Virus record (IMG/VR): IMGVR_UViG_3300047496_000204 | Coordinates: 10,764-74,763 of that record | Length of the DNA stretch: 64,000 nucleotides | DNA from: a virus | Direction: 5' to 3' (one strand) | Position numbers and translations under genes: made by a program | Shown here: one piece after another, positions 55,445 to 64,000 of the stretch | How the letters are laid out: each line of letters opens with the position of its first letter | How positions within the stretch are numbered: position 1 is the first letter of the stretch | Notes under the pieces: model-generated | The model's database searches: none | Told to the model about the DNA's origin: nothing | The model's input: only the letters and a program-made list of their open reading frames with translations

Positions 55445-56127
55445 CTTTCAAATATAAAGCTTTTGAAGAAGCATCCAAGAAATCTGACAAACAACTTTCT
55501 ACTTTAAGAAAAGTTCTATTAGAAAAACAGCCGAAGTTTAATGGAGCCAGTAGCGAAATCAAAGAAATTATGGTTCGATGCTATACACCTGAAGTTTTTG
55601 TTCTTCAATCAAAGATTTGTGATCTTATTGCAGAATACACCGATATGACGCCTATCCCGGTTGATCACACTAATTTGTCTCTTGAAGATTTTGACGTTGG
55701 TGATGCTATGCCGATCAGCATTGATAAGCATCTGGCTCACGGGTTTAACATTCCTTACATTCGAATTTCTAGGGTGTTTGACATTGAAGGCAATCTTCGG
55801 GAACGAATGATTCGAATTCCACAAGGATCGCAGTTCAAGAATATTTGCATCATCGACACCGATATTTGCAGCGGCGATACTATGAGGATGGCATGCCGAA
55901 TGTTCGAAACTACAAAATTTCGTGTTCCGTTACAAGTCGGCCCCAATCAAGACTTGATTGATGTAGAAGATTTGATCTTTGATGACAGCCTACTTTTCAA
56001 TGGTGGAACCGTGAGCTATCTTGCCAATGCGGAATTCTTTTCGAAAAGAACTTCTCTTCCAAAAGAACTTTATGATCCGATCTACAAAATGATTGTAGAA
56101 ACAGACGCTCGATCCAATTTCATCTAG
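55441..56127 (+). CDS. Type I phosphoribosyltransferase-like protein
   Basis: ICIIDTDICSGDTM resembles the PRPP-binding loop. Confidence 0.65.
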   Translation: MTFKYKAFEEASKKSDKQLSTLRKVLLEKQPKFNGASSEIKEIMVRCYTPEVFVLQSKICDLIAEYTDMTPIPVDHTNLSLEDFDVGDAMPISIDKHLAHGFNIPYIRISRVFDIEGNLRERMIRIPQGSQFKNICIIDTDICSGDTMRMACRMFETTKFRVPLQVGPNQDLIDVEDLIFDDSLLFNGGTVSYLANAEFFSKRTSLPKELYDPIYKMIVETDARSNFI

Positions 56128-56136
56128 GATAAAATC

Positions 56137-56748
56137 ATGCGAACGAATAATTCCAATAGCTATTCTTATCTATTTCATTCTGGCGGTTTTCCTGCCGTAT
56201 GGAATATTGAAACAGCTTTTTCTATGGCGGGAGTTGCTACTTGGGCGTTTGATGGTATCACGGCCAAGGACAATGGTTCGTGGTTTTTGTGTCATATAAA
56301 AAATGACAAAGTGGTTAATAGCTCTCTTTACCTTCAGACGGAGTATAAAGAAAAAATCGCAAATTCTGCAAAAATTCATATTTCCAATAATCTTGGTGTA
56401 ATCGATATGTTGGATGGTCATTTCGAATTGGTAGAAAAAGCTTTGTTAAAGGCTTTGACTGAATGCGGTTTTCTAATTTCTCAGGAACAGTATGAAAGAG
56501 ATTATCCAGAAAAAGTTCTTATTCAGGATAATTTTAACGAATTTTGGGCCGATGCTGATGCAGCCGATGCTCGTGGAGAAAAACTTAAGTTTGACATCAA
56601 GTATTCTCTATGGATGCGACCGTCAGATGGTGGTGCTCGGGATGAAGATTATACTCGTGCCGATCAAATTAAATATTTTCGATCTGTTGCCGCCGCACGT
56701 GGCATAGATCAAGCTATCATTGATGCCACGTGGCCTGAAGGAGAATGA
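56137..56748 (+). CDS. Hypothetical protein
   Basis: AGGA SD. Confidence 0.65.
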   Translation: MRTNNSNSYSYLFHSGGFPAVWNIETAFSMAGVATWAFDGITAKDNGSWFLCHIKNDKVVNSSLYLQTEYKEKIANSAKIHISNNLGVIDMLDGHFELVEKALLKALTECGFLISQEQYERDYPEKVLIQDNFNEFWADADAADARGEKLKFDIKYSLWMRPSDGGARDEDYTRADQIKYFRSVAAARGIDQAIIDATWPEGE

Positions 56749-56915
56749 AACTGCTCACGCTTAAGGCCTGTGATGATCTAATTCCTTTCAGAGATGTACG
56801 GGGGGTGAGACCTATACTGCATATGGTTTTGACGCCATTGAAACTGTAATAGCTCTTAAAAAAGCCGCGATTCGGTTCCACGATTGGACTACGCCAACTC
56901 CAACCGGTTTCAAAC

Positions 56916-57122
56916 ATGAACGAAACATTTAAAGATAAGGAGTATTTAGTTATTGCGATAGATTTGAAGAAGAATGGTTTAACTCAATCTGAAATTTATG
57001 AATGGTTAACCATAAACATTCTTCCAAATCATGTAAATATGCTATGGGATCATAGAAGATTTGTTGTCTTTTTTATTATGAAAACGAAAATTGGCTTCGA
57101 GATTCTACTCTTTTTAAGTTAA
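56916..57122 (+). CDS. Hypothetical protein
   Basis: ORF only. Confidence 0.45.
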   Translation: MNETFKDKEYLVIAIDLKKNGLTQSEIYEWLTINILPNHVNMLWDHRRFVVFFIMKTKIGFEILLFLS

Positions 57123-57133
57123 GGTGGTATTAG

Positions 57134-57373
57134 ATGTCGAACCTTTCAATTTTTGGCCTAGTCGCAGTCATAATATCCTTAATATGTTATGCCCTTGAGG
57201 TTAAATCTCACTGGTGGGTTCTTGGTTTTGCAATTTCATGTATTTTTTGCGCTATCTATGGGTTTATGCAAGGGGCATGGCCAATAGGTGTAGCTGAAAT
57301 TGTGTGGTGTGGTGTTTCCTTGCATAAGTGGCGGGTGCATCACAAAGCAATGTTAGAACGAGTTCCTTCTTGA
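57134..57373 (+). CDS. Three-helix small membrane protein
   Basis: Three hydrophobic segments, YGFMQGAWPIG. Confidence 0.65.
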   Translation: MSNLSIFGLVAVIISLICYALEVKSHWWVLGFAISCIFCAIYGFMQGAWPIGVAEIVWCGVSLHKWRVHHKAMLERVPS

Positions 57374-57623
57374 CAACGCTGTTCAACGTGGATATCTATA
57401 TTGAGCGCAACCGTGAGCGGCGTTGAATGAAACGCAGAGGATATCATATTGTAGAAATTTGTTTGTTAGTCATTGCAAGGACGTCTTACAAAGGAATACG
57501 GGGATGGTATTAAAATCTGAAGGAATTTGTTATTCCTTCAAGGGGATATTCGTTGTTGAGCGAATGTTTCCACAACTCGTGAACGACCTAAAGCATTTCC
57601 CGTAATCAACCGGGCCACGGCGC

Positions 57624-58121
57624 CTATTCCAGTTTCAACGTTATAGAATTGATAAGCGGGATACCATATTTAATGCATCCTGGCAGCGTATGTTCCATAT
57701 TGTCGTCAACCAAAACTTCAAGTCCCATCTCGCTGCATACTTTACCTTTCCAGGTATAGTAATATTCCTCGGCCGCCGTTAGGGGACCAGTTAAACGGCC
57801 TCGTTTACGCAAATATTCGTCTTGATTACATGCTACCCAGGCTTTGTGAGAAATGGTTACCACTCCATCAAAATCGGTCTCATCCAATCCGGCATGGTTT
57901 TGTGCGAGTTCTTGAAAAATACTATTAACCCAACCGTCAGTTCTGAACGTTACAATTACATGTTTTTTGTTGGGAGTATTTTCAATAAAATCGTAAAACA
58001 GTTTGTCATGACGATTATCGATCAGAGTGTTGTCAAAATCCCAAGCAATACTTGAAAAATTATTCAATACCGACAAACGGCTATAAGTTTCAATAAGAGA
58101 TATACTATTTCGGATGGCCAT
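57624..58121 (-). CDS. HAD-superfamily hydrolase, late gene
   Basis: IAWDFDNTL and LVDDN; GATAAATA at 58128-58135. Confidence 0.8.
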   Translation of the reverse strand: MAIRNSISLIETYSRLSVLNNFSSIAWDFDNTLIDNRHDKLFYDFIENTPNKKHVIVTFRTDGWVNSIFQELAQNHAGLDETDFDGVVTISHKAWVACNQDEYLRKRGRLTGPLTAAEEYYYTWKGKVCSEMGLEVLVDDNMEHTLPGCIKYGIPLINSITLKLE

Positions 58122-58571
58122 ATCTACTATTTATCTTAGAAGCAACTTCATCCACCATGACGCATAACCAAAGTATACAAGATCAGAAAATCTTAGCATT
58201 TCTCACGGCTTCAAAATCAACTTCTCCGTAATAGTCTTCCCGAAAATTTCCGTAGAAACCTTCCATGACGAACCAGCCTGTTTTCTTTTCATGATCGTCG
58301 AGCAAGCCTACAAAAGCATCTTCAAGCATACCATTTTCACTTCAAGATTGGCTGATCCACCTTCATAGGCATATTCGTTGATTTCCAAATGAAGCGAGTC
58401 ATATTCTTTGGTTTCTGGATTCCATTAGGTTCAGGTCGCAAACTTTTTTGATAATCTTCGTATTCTTTTTCTTCTGGTGTCTGATCCAGCACTTCAATAT
58501 TCGCCATGATTATCTCCAACGAAAAAGGCTCCGCTGAATAAGCGGAGCCTTGATCATGTTTCCTAGAAATA

Positions 58572-58808
58572 TTAGGAAGCGGTCTTATCAGATCGAGTGG
58601 AATGTTCTACGCGAAGAATGCTCAGGATTTTGTCCTTAGCAGCGTCAAAGCCTTGAGCCAATTCGCCTTCGACCTTACGAATCGCGTTTTCAATATGGGG
58701 AGTAGCCATCTTTGAAGGGGCGATAGGACCCTTTTTACCATTCCACTTGATATCTTCCGAGGTAGTTTCGTTAGCCACTTTGGGCCTCCTGTTTGTTAAT
58801 AACCACAC
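58572..58808 (-). CDS. Small hypothetical protein
   Basis: Real start is probably the GTG after GGAGG. Confidence 0.55.
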   Translation of the reverse strand: MWLLTNRRPKVANETTSEDIKWNGKKGPIAPSKMATPHIENAIRKVEGELAQGFDAAKDKILSILRVEHSTRSDKTAS

Positions 58809-58841
58809 TATCGGCTTTTATGAGCAGTTCGTCAATATTTT

Positions 58842-59216
58842 TTATGATGCCTTCTTACAAATCGGGATGAGTTTGGACATGATAACACTTTCCGGTAAAG
58901 ACGAAATTGGGGTGGTTATATAACCAGCATTTCCTATCAAAACGACCAAATAAAATTTGTGAGATTCATCATAGATGCCATTTCCAAAAACAACATTAGC
59001 TGTAAAGGTATTACCTGTTAATTTTACGACTGGTTGAGGATACCATAATCCATCATTAGAATAAACCAAAGCTTGTAAAGATGTTATATTTGGTTTTACA
59101 TGGCCAGTAATTACATATTCTTGAGGAACTTCATGTAAAGGAAGATTCACATGGATATCTCCATCAAGGCCAATAACTGCTGCCAACATATATTCAAAAT
59201 ACTTTGTAATGTTCAT
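58842..59216 (-). CDS. Hypothetical late protein
   Basis: GATAAATA at 59240-59247, GGAG SD before MNITK. Confidence 0.65.
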   Translation of the reverse strand: MNITKYFEYMLAAVIGLDGDIHVNLPLHEVPQEYVITGHVKPNITSLQALVYSNDGLWYPQPVVKLTGNTFTANVVFGNGIYDESHKFYLVVLIGNAGYITTPISSLPESVIMSKLIPICKKAS

Positions 59217-59254
59217 AAAAATCTCCGAGTTTACTCGGCTATTTATCACAAAAC

Positions 59255-59666
59255 AAAAAGGGGAGCCGGAAGCTCCCCTTTTTGTAGAGATTTTTCGCAT
59301 CTCTCAAGGGTCGATACATGTCCCTCGCGACTAAACAGTGGTAGTTTTATTTCAATCGCGTTTCGCACTGTCACGCTAATAAAACATCTGTTCGCATTAT
59401 GAGTGCTACCTGCTTATCGGTTATAGTTGATCCACATTTATTTTCCAATTTACAAAAGTCCTCTGAGGACAACAAGGCGGTTACATAATAAATTCTCCTG
59501 TATGTTGATTAAACTTACTATTCATTCACTACGCATATTTTCAAACTAAATGCTTAAGTCCGAAGGGTTACATGATGATCTCCTTTTCAGATTTAATTTA
59601 ATATATTGCTATATTGCTATATTGCTCTTCAACTTTCTTATATTAGCAAAAAATAATTTTAGTCAA
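59255..59666 (-). ncRNA. Putative small RNA containing two SD-ATG-TAA start-stop sites
   Basis: TTGACT promoter at 59661-59666, AGCAATAT x3, AGGAG-N7/8-ATGTAACC twice, terminator at 59255-59283. Confidence 0.6.
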
Positions 59667-59673
59667 GCGATTT

Positions 59674-60057
59674 TTACGCTAAAATTTCATCTCCAAATAG
59701 GATGGCTAACGGAATAATTTTTTCATTTGAACATCGAACTGTAAATGTTTGATCAAATAAAGATAAAACCAATATCAACCGTTCATTATTGATGATAATT
59801 TCCAGACATCTACTAGGCCGTCGTAGGGCCGGTAAAAATATTGGTTCGGAGTAAAATGTCTGCCATTTTATTTTACATTTTTCGCCAATTTTTTCAGAAA
59901 AGTTTATCAAGCGAGTCAAAAATAGAGCCCAACAACCAGATTTTTCCAAAGCATTTTTGTGTCTGTTTGGATCAAACCAAGCGGATTCAATATCTTCAAT
60001 ATGGAGAACAATGGGAAGATCACTGTCAAACGCAGCGCAATCTAGAAAATCTATCAT
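59674..60057 (-). CDS. Hypothetical protein
   Basis: ORF only. Confidence 0.55.
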   Translation of the reverse strand: MIDFLDCAAFDSDLPIVLHIEDIESAWFDPNRHKNALEKSGCWALFLTRLINFSEKIGEKCKIKWQTFYSEPIFLPALRRPSRCLEIIINNERLILVLSLFDQTFTVRCSNEKIIPLAILFGDEILA

Positions 60058-60481
60058 TAAAATAAAGCCTTAAGATTAAGACTTCATCCTAATGAGGGAG
60101 ATTCAGCTTTTCAATATTAAAGAAAGCTCTTGAGAGCTTTTAGATCGTCGCCGATTAGATCGACATGGATGGGTCCAATACCCAAGGCGGTAACGCCTTT
60201 AACATTCTTCTTTGCCGGTATAAAGACGATCTGATCTAAGAATTACAGCATCGGGTGGCGCATGATTGATATATTCTTCAATGAGTGTGTCAAGACTTTC
60301 TTGTAAAGTCTTGACTTCAATGTCCATACTTCAATCTCCAACATTTGATCCAAGGATCAGAGAACCATCAAAAAGCTCTAGCACTTCATACACTATTTGT
60401 CTACTAAACATATCATCATTCAAAATCAGCATGATTTACTAACAATTTCTTGCAATCTTCTGTTGAAATTTTAGACATATA

Positions 60482-61018
60482 TCAATCTCCGCAATCTTCG
60501 CCCAACCAAAGTTGGTTGTTTCGATCTTCGAGGACAAAATAACTTACGCCGCCCTCTGTGCCATCCAGATAAAATCTTCGGATAGTAAGAAAACATTCAG
60601 CCGGAAGCATCATCGTGTTATTATCTTCGCAGGTTATTAGGTATTCTTCATCATAATAATCGCTATTTACATTAGTGGCAGAATATTTTCCACCACGTTT
60701 CCACTTTTTTGGATTAATAGACGCCTTTTTTACGGCTATATCTTTTTCCAAATATTTTAATTGCATGCTAGGATCGGAAAAAGAATGATCTAATAATTGT
60801 GGATTTTTAGAGAAATAGTCTGAAAGAAATTCTCTACAATCATTGGTAGTGACTATTGGACTAGCAGGTTGCTTACCAAATGATGGTGGAGCTTCCTCAA
60901 CTTCGCACACTTCACATAGACTATCGTCATTCAAAGTTTTAGACAGAAACAAAAGACTGCAACCCTGGCATTCTTCCGCATCTTCTTCCGGATTAAATTC
61001 TTTCCATAGTATACTCAT
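60482..61018 (-). CDS. Hypothetical protein with a CxxC motif
   Basis: ORF only. Confidence 0.65.
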   Translation of the reverse strand: MSILWKEFNPEEDAEECQGCSLLFLSKTLNDDSLCEVCEVEEAPPSFGKQPASPIVTTNDCREFLSDYFSKNPQLLDHSFSDPSMQLKYLEKDIAVKKASINPKKWKRGGKYSATNVNSDYYDEEYLITCEDNNTMMLPAECFLTIRRFYLDGTEGGVSYFVLEDRNNQLWLGEDCGD

Positions 61019-61269
61019 AATTCCGAAACCTGAACCATTAAATTAGAGATTTCGAGAACTAAACCAACTGCATTATTGACGCCCATTTTAACCATAAAAG
61101 CATCAGCCAAGGTCGGCACCATGACAGAAAAGCCGTTCGAATCTTTAGCTTTCTTGCACGTTGTACCTAATTGTTTGATAACTTTTTCGATTTCTTTATC
61201 GGTATCAGAGCCTTTGAACGTGACGATATAACCCCAATCTTCAGGGTTAGCCTCATTCTTACTAGGCAT
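61015..61269 (-). CDS. Hypothetical protein
   Basis: Coupled ORF. Confidence 0.6.
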   Translation of the reverse strand: MPSKNEANPEDWGYIVTFKGSDTDKEIEKVIKQLGTTCKKAKDSNGFSVMVPTLADAFMVKMGVNNAVGLVLEISNLMVQVSEL

Positions 61270-61298
61270 TCATTTTCTTTGAAAAATGGGACGCAAAA

Positions 61299-61907
61299 TC
61301 AATTGCGCCCCTGATAGTTACGATAGATCATCATAGCTTGCTCGTAAAGGATGGGATCACCATCTGATAGAATTTGTAACAAGGCGCCTTTTTCAGACAT
61401 CCACTTCCTCGCAAAACCGCCAGAATTTTCAATAATTCCAGGAGCGTTACTAATCAGGTCCGCAAGTTTTATTGTATGCACATCGGTAGTTTGTTCCGCC
61501 GTATGTGCCAAATCAATAGCCTTTCGAACCTTTCTGTTGCCTTCCCATGGCATGCTTACATCGGTCAATCCAGACACAAGCCGCCGAACTTCTGGACCAA
61601 ATTCTTGTTCGATCAGATCAAGCGTAATTCCTTCTAGCATTACACCGTTTTCAAATACGCGTGTATCTTCGACAGTATCGTGGAGCAATGCAGCCATTTC
61701 CATCTCAACAGTGACACCAGATGATTCGGGAAGTTCTTGCAGGATCGCACATACATCAATCGGATGAACAATGTATGGAGCGGGCTCTTCACCCGGCTCA
61801 GCATACTTACGCGTCTGCCGCACGGCAGCATGAGCCGCGCTTGCGAAGATGCGGGCGTTGTTCACGCGAGGATTACTCATATCTGCTGTTCTATATGTCA
61901 TATTCAC
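61299..61907 (-). CDS. HD-domain (p)ppGpp hydrolase-like protein (SpoT/Mesh1-type small alarmone hydrolase)
   Basis: AAHAAVRQTRK, PYIVHP, AALLHDTVEDT, FGPEV...LTD and IKLADLISN. Confidence 0.88.
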   Translation of the reverse strand: MNMTYRTADMSNPRVNNARIFASAAHAAVRQTRKYAEPGEEPAPYIVHPIDVCAILQELPESSGVTVEMEMAALLHDTVEDTRVFENGVMLEGITLDLIEQEFGPEVRRLVSGLTDVSMPWEGNRKVRKAIDLAHTAEQTTDVHTIKLADLISNAPGIIENSGGFARKWMSEKGALLQILSDGDPILYEQAMMIYRNYQGRN

Positions 61908-62004
61908 ACTATAATAGAAAAATCATTTACGTCAACCTTTTTCCTTGACGATTTTCATTTTTATGTTATTGTAATTTTATAAGGGCAACCAAGGAGAAAT
62001 AATT

Positions 62005-62271
62005 ATGTTCATCGTAATGACTGCGAGCGCCAAGGTTTCTAGCAAACTTCGTCAATACGGTGGTCAATATCGCCATGTGGCTGTTGTTGAAATTGATCCG
62101 TCTGTATGTGAAATTCCGGCGATGATCAGTACGCATGCAAAAGGCGTTATTCGGATCGTGAGTGACAGCGGTGCTCTTAAAGTCGGATCGACCGAACGAT
62201 GCGCGTGGTTTCGGGCTGTAGAAGAAGCAAATGTTCTGGCGGCGAAGCTCAATGATTCCGTTCCGGCATAA
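62005..62271 (+). CDS. Hypothetical early protein
   Basis: TTGACG promoter, AAGGAG SD. Confidence 0.7.
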   Translation: MFIVMTASAKVSSKLRQYGGQYRHVAVVEIDPSVCEIPAMISTHAKGVIRIVSDSGALKVGSTERCAWFRAVEEANVLAAKLNDSVPA

Positions 62272-62282
62272 GGAAATTTAGT

Positions 62283-62750
62283 ATGCGTTTTGTTCATGAT
62301 GAAACCCTTGATGATCTTGCCCACATCACGGCATCGGTTAATATACCGCGCAGTCAAGCATCTAAAGAAAATCCGATGCTTGCCACGATTACCATCGATC
62401 CATCAACTCTTTTCTCTATTCTGACATCAGCGACTCTTTATCGTTATGATAATCCGGTTAAGATGAAGGGAGATTTGGAATCATATCGAGAAAACAAAGA
62501 TTGGTATGATCTCCAAGGTGATGCCATTCGGGTTCTTGAAGGGCGTTTGTCTGTTGCTTGCGATCCAGATTACGGCCATAGTAGAGACAAGGAAGTTTCA
62601 CAAGATCGAAAGTTTCGGCGACTTTTTGAAGAACAAAAGCTGGATAACCCGGAAGAAGAAATTCAAGAAGAAACCATGCAAGATTTGAGAAACAAAATTG
62701 CAAGACTCGAATCGCAACTGGCTCGCGTCAAATCAGCAATAGAAGGATAA
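62283..62750 (+). CDS. Hypothetical protein with a C-terminal coiled coil
   Basis: AAGGA SD. Confidence 0.65.
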   Translation: MRFVHDETLDDLAHITASVNIPRSQASKENPMLATITIDPSTLFSILTSATLYRYDNPVKMKGDLESYRENKDWYDLQGDAIRVLEGRLSVACDPDYGHSRDKEVSQDRKFRRLFEEQKLDNPEEEIQEETMQDLRNKIARLESQLARVKSAIEG

Positions 62751-62754
62751 CAAT

Positions 62755-63006
62755 ATGGGTTTTTTAGTTTCAGGGCCTGATCCAAAGAGTAAGAGAACAA
62801 AACATTCTCTAACTCAAACAATTATGGCCAATAGACTTTTAGATTTTCTGGAACCAACAGTTACGTATCGTCGCCAGAAACCATTAGTCGCCGCAATTGG
62901 TAAGTATATTTCGATACTCATCTTGTTTGGGCTGGTTGGTCTTATAGTGTTTGAGGTTCTATTATATGTGAATACTCTAAAACCTCCCCAACATATCAAT
63001 GGCTAA
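62755..63006 (+). CDS. Small membrane protein
   Basis: One hydrophobic segment. Confidence 0.5.
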   Translation: MGFLVSGPDPKSKRTKHSLTQTIMANRLLDFLEPTVTYRRQKPLVAAIGKYISILILFGLVGLIVFEVLLYVNTLKPPQHING

Positions 63007-63915
63007 ATCAACGTCTCCAAATATTTTCTTGAATTTTGGATAAAGCCATACATCAGTTTTAGAAGTATTTTTCATTTCCGTATGAAGTTTATTCTTTAAG
63101 CTGTCATTGGAAAATAACAACTGCTCCAATCCTGAAATATTTGAATCATTTTCTAATACAGAAATTTGTTTTTCAGTCTGTATCAAATCGTCCCAAGGAA
63201 TGATAACTAATTTTTTCAAAAAATCAATCAACTCATATGATTCTTTGAATGCCGCTTTTATTTTTGTTTTTGAGAATTGATCATTTCGAGCCAAAGCAAT
63301 TAATTTGGCCACGTTTTTATATCGTTCAATAAATTCTTTACCCATGATCGCCAATTCTCCACGAGTTATAGTAAAATTGCCTTTATATTTTACAAAATCG
63401 CTCATCTTTACAAATAATCCTGACATATCTTCGATGCCTTCCATTACACCGTCTATGCCACCATAGGATAAAAATTTAGAGATCACGTTCAGCCATTTTG
63501 GTATTTCATCCGGATAGTAAATATAATTAAGACCACCGCACCAAACAGGTTTATAATTTTTTGGAGAAGCTGATATATTTTTACAAATGTCACGTAAAAC
63601 AACATATCCTTTAAGATGTTCATCGGCACGAGATATTGGAATTATTGTATTGTCTATAAGAGAAATCATCACATAACCAATTTCGCCCATCTCACCCTTA
63701 ATCGGATAAAAATAACGCGTATTTTCCTTGGCATTTCTTTTTTCACCAGCCAATGCTTGTTTTTTAGAATAGCCTTCGTATTGGATAGCCTTCCAATTTT
63801 TGTAATCACGCAATGAGCCGGTCATTACATAATTTTCTGGGTTAAGCTCTGGATGAAGGATGAATGGTGCCCGCTTAACAGATTCCACGATATTTATAAA
63901 ATGACGCATAGACAT
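62977..63915 (-). CDS. Hypothetical protein, possibly virion-internal
   Basis: N-terminus MSMRHFINIVES; 312 aa. Confidence 0.7.
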   Translation of the reverse strand: MSMRHFINIVESVKRAPFILHPELNPENYVMTGSLRDYKNWKAIQYEGYSKKQALAGEKRNAKENTRYFYPIKGEMGEIGYVMISLIDNTIIPISRADEHLKGYVVLRDICKNISASPKNYKPVWCGGLNYIYYPDEIPKWLNVISKFLSYGGIDGVMEGIEDMSGLFVKMSDFVKYKGNFTITRGELAIMGKEFIERYKNVAKLIALARNDQFSKTKIKAAFKESYELIDFLKKLVIIPWDDLIQTEKQISVLENDSNISGLEQLLFSNDSLKNKLHTEMKNTSKTDVWLYPKFKKIFGDVDLAIDMLGRF

Positions 63916-64000
63916 TAGTAATTTGTGACCCCTTCAATTTCATAAGAATTTTTATTTCTTTCTCTTATTTTAGAAAATCGTATACCTGTTGCTTTTTCAG

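Noticed and set aside
1-64000. Stop-codon reassignment (TAG or TGA), as in some jumbo phages
   Set aside because: Conserved genes are full-length in the standard code, many genes end in TGA, and the broken genes are frameshifts rather than in-frame stops.

Overview
The window is most consistent with part of a T4-like jumbo myophage genome. It is AT-rich, with T4-type late-promoter-like boxes (ATAAATA/CTAAATA) and sigma70-type TTGACA promoters. Core genes are an intein-containing large terminase (open at the left edge), a gp32-like SSB, RecA/UvsX and UvsY. The rest is accessory genes plus two divergent tRNA arrays: about 18 tRNA or tRNA-like genes on the minus strand (22.5-30.1 kb) and about 20 on the plus strand (35.6-48.1 kb). 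Top observation: each array starts from a near-identical promoter followed by a short leader ORF and an intrinsic terminator with a competing antiterminator. The amino-acid content of each leader mirrors the tRNAs of its own array (Leu/Arg/Lys/Trp/ATA-Ile versus Ala/Gly/Ile/Phe/Val/Thr/Gln/Met/Pro/Asn), suggesting ribosome-mediated attenuators that switch on phage tRNAs when host tRNAs fail. Second: four tRNAs carry 54-80 nt anticodon-loop insertions, three sharing a covarying P1-AAG...YGGUGCAAAYCCR-GAA-P1' motif, and two of these abut antisense HNH genes. Also notable are a small RNA with two SD-AUG-UAA start-stop sites, a nuclease-less terminase ATPase paralog, a NadE/2OG-oxygenase/HxGH-transferase/PRTase cluster, ART-like proteins and a small-protein paralog family. 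All calls come from manual reading of motifs and base pairing; no searches or folding programs were run, and several accessory genes are frameshifted (decay or assembly error).
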